Assembly: GCA_903813345.2 (NCBI GenBank)
Contig: CAIIXF020000001.1
Coordinates: 5,456,001 to 5,520,000, forward strand
Direction of reading: 5' to 3'
From: Owenia fusiformis
Lineage: Eukaryota
DNA: 64,000 nucleotides
The position numbers were made by a program, and so were the translations under genes. A model generated the notes under the pieces. The model searched no databases. It was not told the DNA's origin and saw nothing but the letters and a program-made list of their open reading frames with translations. Each line of letters starts with the position of its first letter. The stretch's first letter is position 1. Of the stretch, positions 1 to 12,579 are shown piece by piece.

Positions 1-1529
1 GCTTTATTTAATCTCAATCTATCTATAGCAGCGATAACTTCGACTTCCGAAAACGGTTCCTGTAAATTATCGTCAGTTTGGGTGCGCGTTAATTGATCAA
101 TTCTATGAATTGCGCCTTCGACCTCTTGCTTAAAGCCGTTATCAAAAACAGGATTATTTGCAGGTGTATAAAGTTTTTGAAAGTACGCTTTCCACTCGTT
201 ACAAATATCTACTTCCGTGTCTAAAATACTACCATTGTCACCCCTCAATTGTAACACATTTTTCCCATTCCCCTTTCGTTTAGTTTTAACTAACCGCCAG
301 AAGTCATTAATATTAATATTGCCCGATACGTCTAGCTCTCTCTGTGTTTCCATTGCATGTTCGTATTGTTTATTCCTGAGCAGTTTTCTAAACTCGCGTT
401 TCGTGTTTTTATAAATAGCATAGTTTCGACCCGTTCTCGGTTTTCCACTTTCCCGCCAAGTATGATATGCAATCATTTTCTGTTTATACATAACTTTCAA
501 TTCCGGGCACCAATATGGTTTAATGTGTTTACGAAATTTCCCTTTGGGTAGATTGTTTTGCGAAGTATCTTTTAAGAGCTTAGCAAGCTGATTGAAGTAA
601 TTGCTAATTTGTTTGTTTGATAACGAGGGGGTCCTACTCAACTCATTTTCTATATCTATAAGTTTACTTGAAACCACATCAGTGAACAAGGATTTAATTT
701 GACTTTCACTGATCTTATTCCATTTTACATTAACTGCCCTCAATGCCTCAAGGTTACCCTTACAAAACACTGAATTTGTCGCCGCAATAGTCAAAGTTAA
801 CGTTAAGGGGAGGTGATCAGATGTGTTCAGTAGGGTCTCCTCGTGTACTTCACATGTAACACAGCATCTTATAAGAGGTGCTGTAACTAATATATGATCA
901 ATATACGTATTTATGTTGGGTTCTTTATAAAACGTGTACTTGGGTCCATTACGACAATCTGACATATCAGCACATATCAACCCATTCCTTAGCATAAAAT
1001 TATACAAGAGTCTACCATTTTTTGAGTGGTCCCCTTGACCCATGTCGGTCACCAAATTCCCAAGATTAGCATTCATGTCCCCTACAATGATGACCTCACC
1101 GATACCCCTGACTTGTTGCAGGCATTCGTCAAGTGTATCTAACACAACATCAAAACTGTCCCTTACACAAGTAGGTTGAGGTAAGTACACTGACAGAATA
1201 TGCATAAAACAATCATTCCATCTAACTTTAAGTCCTACTATTCTGTCCGATTCGAAATACACTGGCATTGCATTGATGTTCTTTCTATAGAGGATCCCAA
1301 CCCCGCCATGCCCTATATGAGAACCCTTATTCAATGGCTCTAAACTGCTACTACTGACTCCTATACCAAAGAAATCCTCATGTAATTCACTCAATGTTCC
1401 AATTTCATTGGGATATAACCAATGTTCTGATATACAAATAATATCGGATGAATTACACAGTTCACGTACATAATGTCTTTTTGTACTAAGACAATTCACG
1501 TTATAACCCGTGATGGATAGCAATGTCAT
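1..1529 (-). CDS. LINE ORF2p, partial: APE endonuclease plus linker up to the start of RT
   Basis: Manual translation from ATG 1529: TGYNVNCL, DIICISEHWL, GHGGVGILY, IIVGDMNA, IDHI, SDHLP; same frame at the window edge (EPFSEVEVIAAIDRLRLNKA). Absent from the ORF track, consistent with no stop before the edge. Confidence 0.9.
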   Translation of the reverse strand, partial: MTLLSITGYNVNCLSTKRHYVRELCNSSDIICISEHWLYPNEIGTLSELHEDFFGIGVSSSSLEPLNKGSHIGHGGVGILYRKNINAMPVYFESDRIVGLKVRWNDCFMHILSVYLPQPTCVRDSFDVVLDTLDECLQQVRGIGEVIIVGDMNANLGNLVTDMGQGDHSKNGRLLYNFMLRNGLICADMSDCRNGPKYTFYKEPNINTYIDHILVTAPLIRCCVTCEVHEETLLNTSDHLPLTLTLTIAATNSVFCKGNLEALRAVNVKWNKISESQIKSLFTDVVSSKLIDIENELSRTPSLSNKQISNYFNQLAKLLKDTSQNNLPKGKFRKHIKPYWCPELKVMYKQKMIAYHTWRESGKPRTGRNYAIYKNTKREFRKLLRNKQYEHAMETQRELDVSGNININDFWRLVKTKRKGNGKNVLQLRGDNGSILDTEVDICNEWKAYFQKLYTPANNPVFDNGFKQEVEGAIHRIDQLTRTQTDDNLQEPFSEVEVIAAIDRLRLNK

Positions 1530-1594
1530 AATAAAATGTATATAAAACATATTTACAAGCATGTTTCTTGCATAAGCTACAGGCAGAAGTCGTT

Positions 1595-3187
1595 TTAGCA
1601 ATCGTCCCAATCAGACCATCTTTTTGACGTATAGCCTGGCCACATCCTATCATCCTTGTCGGCGTTGTCGGCGTTGTTAACGCTGTCATCGGTACTATAA
1701 CCGGCGATGTCAACATCTTCACGGCGTTGATCATTATCATTGATTCTGTCGTATGTCCTCTCATAGGATGTTCCGCGCCAAAATCCACCACGCGGCGTTG
1801 ATCCGTAGTTACGACGTGTACGTGTTGGAGGCTCGCGTGACCACTCCCTGCACGTGACGTTTTCGGGCCAAAGGGATTCGCTCAGCATCACATCGCGCTG
1901 CGTATCGGGTATTGTCATTTTTATGCCGAAAGTATCACTACTGACCCGATTACGGATGATATATGAGTTCATTACACGTACTTTGTTATGCCTAAGATGG
2001 TCATTGACGGACGCCATGACTTCAGCGAATGATGATTCAGGAGGGCAAAAGACATTGCCAATGTACATTTGAATCGTTTTAACGGGTTTCATGCCCATAA
2101 AAAGTCTGCTCCTGTTAATCCTAGCATTAGCCGTACGTTTAAAATTAAAACATTGCTCCGACTCCGTACTTGTCCTCCGTGTTTGTTCCGTGCGTCTTTT
2201 AGATTTCCTACTCTGATGCATAATCCAGTCATTATCTCCCTTTGCAGGCGGGGATTTGATAGCATCCGCGTAAGACGCACTCGAAGAATTTGTACTGCTA
2301 CTTGCTTCCAAAGGAAGCCGCGAAGTTTTCCCGTTCGGCCATGCCTGTTTTGTGTTGTTATTGTTTACATCCTGGTTAGGCTTACATGAAGGAGTCTCTG
2401 ATTCGGCGCTCAAGTTTTTACCACTACTCACTTTCGCGCCTTTTTCTGGATCACCTTGATTCGAGGATAGGCCTTGATTTTGACTGCTTGTAACTTGTAA
2501 ATTGGCTCCATTTTCAGATTCGATAGAGTCTATAGTTATGTAGGAGCAATCAATGACCTTGTTTAGCCTGTCCAGTTCAGCTTCACATGATGCAATTTTA
2601 TCGGCCCTGGATTTCGAATCCGTCTCCAAATCCTGTACTTTTTTGCATAAATATTCAATCTTAGCGTCCCTGCTCTTCATCTCTTTCTTAAGATCAGTCA
2701 TTTCAGAATGTAAGAGTTCAAGTTTAGATTGCAAGTCGAGAAACTTTGCATCCATTGGCCTTTGTTTTTGACTATCCAATATATTCTGTGACGTTGTCAC
2801 ATCTGGGACAACGCTTCTGGATGTGACAACATTTCTTGGGAACGTTGTTGAAAGACCTGATACGTAAACGTACATACCGTAGATATCGTCTCCAACTAAA
2901 TTCAGCTTTGATTTCCCGTCCCGTCGTGTCACCTTTTTCAGCACAGGTTTATTCCCACCTAAATCAGGTCCATATTTTTCAATGCATTCATTCAATAATT
3001 TCGTCTCGCACGATTCGAACAATATATCTCTACAGCTTTCCAGTTGATCAGCTTCAAAATCCATCAAGAGTTCGTCAATAACGTCATCTTTAGCCCTATC
3101 TTCCACTGTAGTAAGGACTCTTACAATATTTGCATCTATCCTTGCAAAACAAGACAAAGCGTCTCCGTGATCGACCGCGTTCGCCAT
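1595..3187 (-). CDS. LINE ORF1p (coiled coil plus C-terminal RRM-like domain), 530 aa
   Basis: Heptad region LDLQSKLELLHSEMTDLKKEM...; C-terminal MYIGNV...FGIKMTIP...LWPENVTCREW typical of CR1/L2 ORF1; lies directly upstream of the APE ORF. Confidence 0.85.
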   Translation of the reverse strand: MANAVDHGDALSCFARIDANIVRVLTTVEDRAKDDVIDELLMDFEADQLESCRDILFESCETKLLNECIEKYGPDLGGNKPVLKKVTRRDGKSKLNLVGDDIYGMYVYVSGLSTTFPRNVVTSRSVVPDVTTSQNILDSQKQRPMDAKFLDLQSKLELLHSEMTDLKKEMKSRDAKIEYLCKKVQDLETDSKSRADKIASCEAELDRLNKVIDCSYITIDSIESENGANLQVTSSQNQGLSSNQGDPEKGAKVSSGKNLSAESETPSCKPNQDVNNNNTKQAWPNGKTSRLPLEASSSTNSSSASYADAIKSPPAKGDNDWIMHQSRKSKRRTEQTRRTSTESEQCFNFKRTANARINRSRLFMGMKPVKTIQMYIGNVFCPPESSFAEVMASVNDHLRHNKVRVMNSYIIRNRVSSDTFGIKMTIPDTQRDVMLSESLWPENVTCREWSREPPTRTRRNYGSTPRGGFWRGTSYERTYDRINDNDQRREDVDIAGYSTDDSVNNADNADKDDRMWPGYTSKRWSDWDDC

Positions 3188-5159
3188 CTTGGATTGCGTT
3201 GAACAGAGGTAATGCTTGTTATTTCGAAAATCCTTTTATGTTATGATGGAGTGGTCATATTGTTTTCTTGAAAATTGCCCCATTTCCAGGCAAGACTACT
3301 GTCAATATATGAGTAACATCACGGTCGTTTTTCACAAGCAAAACGGTGATTTTTCAGATCATGTTCATTATAATTCAATCACAACTAGTATCACGATTTG
3401 TAACACTTTGGTCTGATAAACTGAACTAAAGACTTTATAACTACGGATAATCAATTTATCTCGGGTTTCCCTACTGCCGTCTGGGCCTGTTTTAACGACC
3501 GTGACGTTTTTCACAGAATAAATTGTACACTTACTATAATGGGTATATATAATCGGTAGTAGGTGAGAAGCAAATACACTGCTGTCGTCACACTCTGACT
3601 GAATGTTTTCTATGCCAAAAGAACCAAAATGAAAAGATGCGACCATTTATAACTGAGATATGACATGTTTTCACGGGCGTGTTGTCCTGTTACATCAGCA
3701 AATTCACGAAATTCACAACTTATTAGCGAATTTTCAAAGTTATTTACAACCGGACTGATCAATAAGTATGCTGACCGAATAAAGATAGAAGCATATTATT
3801 TTAAAATACATAAAACAATAAGAAAAAATCATTTTAGTTTTAGCTATTTTCAATTACACGAAAAATACCCATTTTTAGACTAACATTTATTGGTTTTGAA
3901 TGTGCGGTCACGGAGATTACATGCGGACACCTAATGGATTTGCGGATAGCTTCATGAATACCACGCAACGCAATAAAATGCGGACACGCAATGGGTCCGC
4001 AAATACAATACGGACACGCAAGCTTGCGGAGCTTTCATGAATTAGGCCTCTGTGCAACAGCCCCCCTAATTTTGCATGGTGGTATGATGTGGCAATGTAT
4101 TGCATGTAAATCAATGCATCCTTCGTGCATGAACTCAAACTCAAATTGCAGACTTTAAGAAGAAGACTTTGAAATGCCTATCGAAGTAATTGGGACACTC
4201 GACTCCTAAGGTGATCAAGAGCTAGACTAGACTCCCGAGTTACACGTGTCAAAAATGGCCGCCACCGGTTTATCCTAAAAATTGTTCAACATAAATACCT
4301 CAGAATATGATGAAAGTAAGTTGGAAATTGAAATAGGTACTAGAAGTAAAGTCTGCAAAGTACATTGCAATATTATATCAAATACTCAAAACAAGAAACA
4401 AGAAACCTTTGCTATGTATTTCAAGAAAGGCAGAGAGATTCTTACCCGTTCCCATTTTCCTTTTTGAAACCGAGGCGAAGAGGTCAGTTATCCGGGCACT
4501 TGTTTGTCTATTGCAGCGCCACAGCGGATAAGCGGAAAAAAGTTTGCAAGAACAGAACAGAATAACGAAGTACACATCAAAACTCGATTTTAACAACATA
4601 CGTTTGTCAATTTGACTAATTTACACCCATTATAGTTATTCATTACACAAAAAATATATAACAGTTCCAAAGTGAATGCAGATATGGGGGAACTGTCCCA
4701 AAGTTGCAAGCGAATTGTAAGTGATTTTTTATCCTAAAGGCTAAAATTAAAAAAGTCAACAACATTTCATTCACTTAAACCTTGTTAACTGTAAAAAATA
4801 GCAAGAACATAACTTCAATATATGAGTGTTACCTGATGAATGGGACCCTCACGTGCCTTCCAAATGGTAGTAAACTAACTTTAGTGTACAGTCCTGGGAT
4901 ATATTAATTGATCAGTCGTTTATTGGCATATTTTCTTGAATTTTAACATTTAATGTTCCAAACTCCCACAAACTGCAGACAAGTATACCCCATAAATCAT
5001 ATTTACCAAAATGAGTGTATCCAAGGCTTCACACCAGCGTATGTATAATGCATTTGTCACGAGTTTGAGCTGAAATTTCGCCAAAATGGAGTAGGCTAAG
5101 GGTAGTCTCTGCCAGGTTTGTTTATTGTGGTATGCTTGTAAGTGCTCAGAAGCAAATAA

Positions 5160-5326
5160 TTCATGTGCGCAAAATAATCAAATAATCTGATTGGTCTAAA
5201 ATTTGCTGCACATGCGCACAATGTGTGCCATGTTTTTTCTAGTGATTTCGTTTCGTTTCATGGAGTTTGCGTTTCAGTGTAACTTCCGCAAAAATGGCGG
5301 ACCATGGACAGAATTAACAGGTAAAA
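5160..5326 (+). promoter_or_regulatory. Candidate TATA-less promoter/first exon of the host ZNF gene
   Basis: TGCGCA/CATGCGCA (NRF1-like), ATTGG (CCAAT), ACTTCCG (ETS-like), AAAATGGCGG (YY1-like), then a donor AG|GTAAAA at 5320/5321; its link to the 12467 exon is not shown. Confidence 0.35.
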
Positions 5327-6119
5327 TCACTCCGAAATTTCAAGAGAACTTTTTACCTATAATAGCAAAACTTTTGTTTTATTTGTGCATTCTATCTATC
5401 ACATAAGAGTCTCAGGGGTATGTAGGCAAATTCATTTTGATAGGAGCACTCTGTTTAGTTTGAAAACGCACCCTTAATTATTATATATCAGCACTTTAAC
5501 TACATCAGTTTATCGTTCCGTCCGATCAACAATAAGTACAGTTGTATACAAGAAATGTAAACGAAGGCCGTTGATGGTCTATTACCGGCGGCTCTTGCAG
5601 TTAATCTGATCCACTGACGAAGAAAAATCAAAAAAATCGAAGACTTAAACACCTCAAATCTGCCCATATTCAAGGTCTTCTTGACACGCGCATGGTATAA
5701 AGGAAACAGAATGTTGGATAGAACGATAGATAGATGTCATTTCACGATACTGTATACATTTCTCTGTTTATAACAGATACATACATATGCTGTAATCATT
5801 TTTCTATCAGTTTTAGTGTAAAATATCAACAAAATATACATTATACACTTACTTTTCTAACTTTATTTGGAGGGGGTCAAAATTTGTCAGACGAATTTCA
5901 CTTCTTGCGCAAAAGCATTTATGACAATGGCGGAAGTTAACAATTCTTAAAAAATGAAGAGATATTTCTAAATATATGAATAAATCATGAAGATTGGGAG
6001 TAATGGTGTTGAACTGTTTTTCATAACACTGGTTTAAAAGATGGTGGGTGCATATTTTAGCTATTTAGGACAATCGTGCGATAATTAGGACCGTGCGATA
6101 ATTAGGACCACTTCCCCTA

Positions 6120-7302
6120 CAGAGGATTGAAAAAGAGCCAAGTGTTGACAGACAGAGGTTTTAAACTTGCAACTATTTTGGACTGACTGAGAGACAGATG
6201 GACAAATCAATGTTAACTAAAATGGCTGAAAATAAAAAAAAAACGGATATAATATTTAGCCGATTTTTTGTAACAAAAGTATTTCATACAACTACTCTTT
6301 ACAGTGACATGGCTTTTTACAATGCAGGACAGCTGAAATTATTTGTAAAGCTAGGAAATGGGCCAAAAGTGAATTTCGCGAGACGAGAATGGCGACCATT
6401 TTGAAAATAGGCGAGCTTTTGAACCAAGAGTCATAGGAGAGTTTTTTGTATTGATGTTGAACAAAATTAACTTAAAACAGGAATCCTATCGACAGAGGGT
6501 TTAAGGCAAATGGTCCAAAAGTGGATTTTGCGAGACAGATGGACAAATCAATGTTAACTAAAATGGCTGAAAATAAAAAAAATGGATGTAATTTTTAACG
6601 GATTTTTCGTAACAAAATTATTTCATACATCTACTCTTTACATTGACATGGATTTTTACAATGTAGGACACTTGAAATTATTTGTAAACCTAGGAAATAG
6701 GTCAAAAGTGAATTTCGCGATACAAAAATGGCAGCCATTTTGAAAATAGGCGAGCTTTTGAACCAGGAGTCATAGGGGAGTTTTCTGTATTGATGTTGAA
6801 CAGAAATAACTTAAAACAGGAATCCTAACGACAGAGGTTTTAAAACGTGCCACTGTTGTTGACGGAAAAGTGGATTTCGCGAGTCAGATGGACAAATCAA
6901 TGTTAACTAAAATGGCTGAAAATAAAAAAATGGATATAATTTTTCGCTGATTTTTTGTAACAAAATTATTTCATATATCTACTCTTTACATTGACATGGA
7001 TTTTTACAATGTAGGACACCTGAAATTATTTGTAAGGCTAGGAAATGGGTCAAAAGTGAATTTTGCGAGACAAAAATGGTGGCCATTTTGAAAATAGGCG
7101 AGCTTTTGAACCAGGAGTCATAGGGGAGTTTTCTGTATTGATGTTGAACAGAAATAACTTAAAACAGGAATCCTATCGACAGAGGTTTTAAAACGTGCCA
7201 CTATTGTTAACGGACGGACAGACAGACGGATGGATGGACGGACGGACAGACAGACAGACGGACAAGTGAGCGATTGCAAAAGCTCACCATGTGAGCTAAT
7301 AA
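6120..7302 (-). mobile_element. Non-autonomous Helentron (HINE/DINE-1-like), family 1, with internal tandem repeats
   Basis: End reads TTATTAGCTCAC plus inverted repeat plus (GTCC/GTCT)n microsatellite on the minus strand; ~340-350-bp tandem units; inverted homologue of 10302-11240. Confidence 0.7.
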
Positions 7303-7557
7303 CCGGGAAATCATTAAAAGGTACGTGAGCATTTTTTCTGTCGATGTCGGGAGAAGATTCCCGGGGATTTAAGATGCCAGTGATTGTGAATATCGGCAGA
7401 AATTAAGTACGTTCGGGGGTTTTCTTTGTAGCTAATGAAAATAGATGTTAGCCTTGATGAAATATTCAAAATTCAATATATTTTGACACCAGGACCATGA
7501 TCGTTGGATACGTCTTTGCACTATTTATTCAACCTTTAATTGCTCACTGGACATGGG

Positions 7558-7750
7558 TTAGTTGTGGTGAAGAAATTTCTGTCTCATCAGGTGCTTATCA
7601 ATTCCATTCTTGAATTGATTTATATCTGTGGTGTCTATTACAGATTGGGGAAGATTGTTCCATGTGTTGATGATTCTATTTCCAAATACATTTTTCCTTA
7701 CATCGAGTCTGCTATATGTATGGCTTAATTTTTCTGTATTCCCTCTCGTC
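7558..7750 (-). pseudogene. CR1 ORF2 extreme C-terminal fragment
   Basis: RGNTEKL...RLDVRKNVFGNRIINTWNNLPQSVI...FKNGIDKH, the conserved CR1 ORF2 tail. Confidence 0.8.
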
Positions 7751-7959
7751 ATCTTATACATCTATCCCGTGCCAGGACTAAGTACTACTTAAAGTAGGAT
7801 GGGGGATTTATATGTCTTTACGGCGGAACAAATTCACAAGAACTCATGCATTTGAAAAAAACTAAACTCAGTACCCCAGTAAGAAATTGGATATTATATC
7901 TCTGGAGAATGAAAAATGGGAAAATTTGGAGTCATAATATAAGAATAAATTCAGGTAAA

Positions 7960-9279
7960 ATCAAATCATTTATTCTAGTGAGCAGTTCTGATGGTTAAAA
8001 TAACGAAATGATGTAATGTTGCCACGTTTCTACTTACCAGTTTGTTCTATACAATCCATCCTGCTAGGTTACATTGTGGAACACAGCCAAACACAACGAT
8101 GAAGGCAACAACATATCGATCTTAGCAGAATTTTTGGAAATTTAGATCGTCCATTTTGCAAGCTCACGTGACTGATCATGTGACACGTGTCTGATCACCC
8201 GACACTTGTCTGATCACGTGACTAGTTACTGTATCGATCATGTGACTTAATGACGTATCACCCAACCATGTCTTCAAGGAAAATGGTAGTAAATATTTTG
8301 GAAAATGTTTTGCGAGCATTTGCTACTGATTATAGAAGGCCCAATTATCCAACGAATGAAACTGCTAAATTGTATTTTTAGTCTGCTTAATGATCTATTG
8401 ATTCATAAAGACCCGAAATGATGCATTCAATAAGACTACCTCCTAATGAAAATACTACATATAAAGTGGTGAAAAACAACGAACTAAAATTGAAAGGTCG
8501 CAACGTTCGCTACTTTGTTCAATTCCGGAAATCTCCAAGGGGCTGCAAATGGGAAATTTTTTAGATTAAGCTTTTATAACCTCAGAATACTGCCTTCAGT
8601 GTCGTGTTTTGCTGAGTTCCCCAATCACTGGTGATCCACTTGATTACACTGGTTACCAAAACGAACCGTTTTGGTGACAAAATGTCGGAACATCCGGAAG
8701 GTACGATTTTTCTCGTTTCCTTATTTTACACTTGTAGGCAGAATTCCCATGACATTTTTTGACACAAACGTGTATCAGTATCATATGTTTAAGAAAGTGT
8801 ACATATTTGCGAACAAATAGTTCAGAAGACATCAGAATCGTCGATTTACTTCCTCACTTAAGTTACATAAACGGTTTGGGTTAAAAGTGCAGATCTTAAC
8901 TGTTTTTCGAAAAACCGTTTATGTAACTTAAGTGAGGAAGTAAATCGACGATTCTGTTGTCCTCTGAGCTATTTTATCGCAAACATGTACATTTTCTAAA
9001 ACATATGATACTGATGCACGTTGTGAGAAAAAAGTCGTGGGGATTCTGCCTACAACGCGTGAAATAAGGAAAAAAGAAAAATCGTGCCTTCGACGTTCCG
9101 ACATTTTGTTACCAAAACGGTTTGTTTTGGTAACCAGCGTAATCGAGTGGATCACCAGTGCCAATGTAACCTAGCTGGATGGATGACATAGAACAAACTG
9201 GTAAGTAGACACATGGTAACATTACATCATTTCGTTATTTTAACCATCTGAACTGCTCACTAGAATAAATGATTTGATT
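7960..9279. mobile_element. MITE-like element with ~115-bp terminal inverted repeats, containing a nested MITE
   Basis: 7960-8075 is the near reverse complement of 9163-9279. Confidence 0.65.
8626..9160. mobile_element. Palindromic MITE, CAC..GTG ends, 5-bp TSD CCAAT (Transib-like)
   Basis: CCAAT|CACTGGTGATCCACT ... AGTGGATCACCAGTG|CCAAT; ~250-bp arms. Confidence 0.8.
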
Positions 9280-9357
9280 ATAGCATGTCTTATCATGTCT
9301 TATATACACATTATCGCCCTCCATCCTATCCCCCCTCCGTCCAATATATATGGAGAC

Positions 9358-10046
9358 CCTATCTGTTGCAAGACTGGCACAACCGTCAACATGTTATTTA
9401 ATGTTTTTATTAAGTTTCGCAAGGATCCTGCCATGACCGTTGTAGTGTTATCGTGAAAGCCTGGTATAACTGTGACAACGCTATATTATATTGCAAGGCC
9501 TGTCATGACCATGGTAATGTTAAAGCCTGATATGACCGTGACAATGGTTGCAAGGCCTGACATAACCGTGGTAATGATAAAGCCTGATATGACCGTGACA
9601 ATGGTTACATTGCCTGTCATGACTGTTGTAAAGTTAAAGCACAACATGACCTTGACAATGGTTATATTAAATGATATTTAGTAGCATGAGAATACTGTAA
9701 TGAAAAATTTCATCGTAAAATCTAAACTACTACTACTACTACTTACTCATAATTCATTTCCACAAACTATATTTCTTATTTCATTCAAGAATGTGAACAT
9801 TGTCAAGGTCATATCAGGCTTTAACATTACCACGGTAATTACAGGCCTTGCAATATAATATAGCATTGTCACGGTCATATCAGGCTTACAGTCATGACAG
9901 GCCTTGCAATATGGTGTAACATTGTCACGGTTATACCAGGCTTTCAAGATAACACTACCACGGTCATGGCAGGATCCTTGCGAAACTTAAAAACACTAAA
10001 ATAACATGGTGATGGTTGTGCCAGGCATAAGTCTTGCAATAGATAG
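9358..10046. mobile_element. Foldback/MITE with internally repetitive inverted arms
   Basis: 9358-9670 mirrors 9790-10046; short tandem units (AAGCCTGATATGACCGTGACAATG) within the arms. Confidence 0.65.
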
Positions 10047-10051
10047 CATGT

Positions 10052-10300
10052 GTGGTATATGAGGTCCCCTCATTTTCTATGATACTGGAGTGATGGAATC
10101 CTCAGTGCATACGTTGTTCGTAGCTCAGGTTTTTATTTAAACTAGGAACAAGTTTGGTTACTATCCTTTGTACTTTCTCTACCATATCCTGATCAAGGGC
10201 ATATCCTGGTCCCCATGCGCTATTGGCATACTCTAGATGTGGCCTTACAAGTGATTTATACAATAGGGGAAGTGTTGTTTTATCTTTATTTTTAAATGTT
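10052..10300 (-). pseudogene. CR1 ORF2 post-RT fragment, probably the same copy as 7558-7750 split by later insertions
   Basis: LLYKSLVRPHLEYANSAWGP...EKVQRIVTKLVPS...LSYEQR on the minus strand. Confidence 0.75.
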
Positions 10301-10301
10301 C

Positions 10302-11240
10302 TTTTATTAGCTCACCATAGCTCACATGGTGAGCTATTGCAATCACTCACTTGTCCGTCTGTCTGTCTGTCCGTCTGTCAACAATTGGCCCCTTTTAAAA
10401 CCATTGTAAATAGGATTCCCGTTTTTAAGCTATTTTTGTTCAACATCAATATAGAAAACCCCCCTATGACTCCTGGTTCAAAAGCTCGCCCATTTTCAAA
10501 ATGGCCGCCATTTTTGTCTCACTAAGTTCACTTTTGGACCATTTGCTTAAAATCTCTGTCGATAGGATTCCCGTTTTAAGTTATTTTTGTTCAACATCAA
10601 TACAGAAAACTTTCCTATGACTCCTGGTTCAAAAGCTCGCCTATTTTCAATATGGTCGCCATTTTGGTCTCGAGAAATTCACTTTGTAAAAAACCATGTC
10701 ATTGTAAAGAGTAGTTGTTTAAAATAATTTTGTTACAAAAATTGGGCAAAAAATTATATCTGTTTTTTTATTTTCAGCCATTTTAGTTAACATTGATATC
10801 TCCATCTGTCTCGCGAAATCCACTTTTGGACTATTTGGCTTAAAACCTCTGTTGATAGGATTCCTGTTTTAAGTTATTTTTGTTCAACATCAATACAGAA
10901 AACTCCCCTCTGACTCCTGGTTCAAAATAATTTCAGATTTCCTGCATTGTAAAAAGCCATGTCCCTGTAAAGAGTAGTTGTATAACATAATTTTGTTACA
11001 AAATATTGGCAAAAAAAATATATCTGTTTTTTTCATTTTCAGCCATTTTAGTTAACATTGATTTCTCCATCTGTCTCGCGAAATCAACTTTTGTACTATT
11101 TGCCTTAAAACCTCTGTCGATAGAATTCCTGTTTTAACTTATTTTTGTTCAACAACAATAAAGAAAACTCCCCTATGACTCCTGGTTCAAAAGCTTGCCT
11201 ATTTTCAAAATGGTCACCATTTTTGTCTTGCGAAAATTCT
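10302..11240 (+). mobile_element. HINE family 1, second copy (3' end not seen)
   Basis: TTTTATTAGCTCACC..GGTGAGCTA, (GTCT/GTCC)n, same tandem units as 6120-7302. Confidence 0.7.
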
Positions 11241-11527
11241 GACCAATTTCAGAGCATTGATCCAATTCGTGGGTTGGAGTTCACCATATGCAATTGCATT
11301 ATTGATAATCCATAACCATCTATTTTGATCCAGTTAACATTCTTCTAGACCCACTAGTGAGCAGGCTGTCTATCTTCTGTATTTGTCACGCATTTGCTGA
11401 AGATATTGATGTCTCACTTTTTAAATACGCATTTTCTTCTGATTATTGTCAAGCAAAAATATTTCAGGAGAACATCAAAAAATGAATGCCAAAAAAACCT
11501 TCAGAATTTTTATGCGAACTGCTTATA

Positions 11528-12280
11528 CACCCTATGCAGACAGAGCCTGTGGAGAATATTGGGTGCGGAGCAAATGAGCGGAGGGTGCGGAGCTAACGGT
11601 TATTTTTGAATTTAAATTTGGGATATTTCTGAAACTAAGCCGTTTTGGGACTTCAAATATACCAAGATATGTGTATTTGACACCAAATATCAATACAATT
11701 GTGAAAATAGTAGCGCAATTCATTCTATAGCGACGCAGTGTGCCTTAAACCTTTCCCAGACCTATATATTTTGAAATTATCCTTTTAATACTGAGTCCCC
11801 AGCATTCATAAAAAATGGTGTTCAAGGTGCACTATCTATACAAATTAGCTCCATAAACGTAGCTCCGCACCCAATATTTAGAGGGGGCTCATATCTGAAG
11901 AACATTTCCGAATTTTTATAAAATCACACAGATACTGCCTGGCTTCCAAGATGCAAAAATAATTTGCATGGGTAGTGTATCTTGAACACCATTTTTTATG
12001 AATGCTGGGGACGCAGTATTAAAAGGATCAGTCTCAAAATATATAGGTCTGGGAAATGTTTAAGGCACACTGCGTCGCTATAAAATGAATTGCACTACTA
12101 TTTTCACAATTTTATTGATATTTGGTGTCAAATACACATATCTTGGTATATATGAAGTCATAAAACGGCTTAGTTTCAGAAATATCCCAATTTTAAATTC
12201 AAAAATGACCGTTAGCTCCGCACCCTCCGCTCATTTGCGCCGCACCCAATATTTCCCACAGGCTCTGTCTGCATAGGGTG
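11528..12280. mobile_element. Palindromic MITE, CAC..GTG ends, 5-bp TSD TTATA (Transib-like)
   Basis: TTATA|CACCCTATGCAGACAGAGCC ... GGCTCTGTCTGCATAGGGTG|TTATA; ~300-bp arms. Confidence 0.8.
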
Positions 12281-12466
12281 TTATATGTCACGCATTTGCT
12301 TTGAATTTTCTTGTAATATGCTTGACCATTTGTCTTTTGTTTGAGAATGGGACCATGCAATGGCTTCCCAATTATTTTTAGATAACATTACAAAACCACA
12401 GGAGGCTTTTTATCAAATATATGTAAAAGTAAATGAAGTGTAGCTGTATTTATTTTCTTATTTCAG

Positions 12467-12579
12467 TCACTACGTATTCAACTTTTATTTGATGATGTGC
12501 AGTCATTGACTGATGCTGAACAAGAGCAGATCATGGAGATTATTCGCGTTAGGCTGGATGAGTGGCAGGCTTTGAAAGG
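12467..12579 (+). CDS. Host ZNF gene exon A (helical segment SLRIQLLFDDVQSLTDAEQEQIMEIIRVRLDEWQALK)
   Basis: tttcag acceptor, GG|gtatgt donor; open frame phase-compatible with exons B and C; the start exon was not identified. Confidence 0.65.

Larger units (their letters stand above)
1..3187 (-). mobile_element. Non-LTR retrotransposon (CR1/L2 group), 5' half; continues beyond the left edge, 5' UTR boundary not defined
   Basis: ORF1 (1595-3187) followed 65 nt later by an APE-endonuclease ORF2 on the same strand. Confidence 0.9.

Noticed and set aside
1501-1791. 96-aa ORF bridging LINE ORF1 and ORF2
   Set aside because: Alternative-frame overlap with no motif; ORF2 has its own ATG at 1529
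9472-9947. KPDMTVTM repeat ORFs on both strands
   Set aside because: Translation of foldback arm repeats
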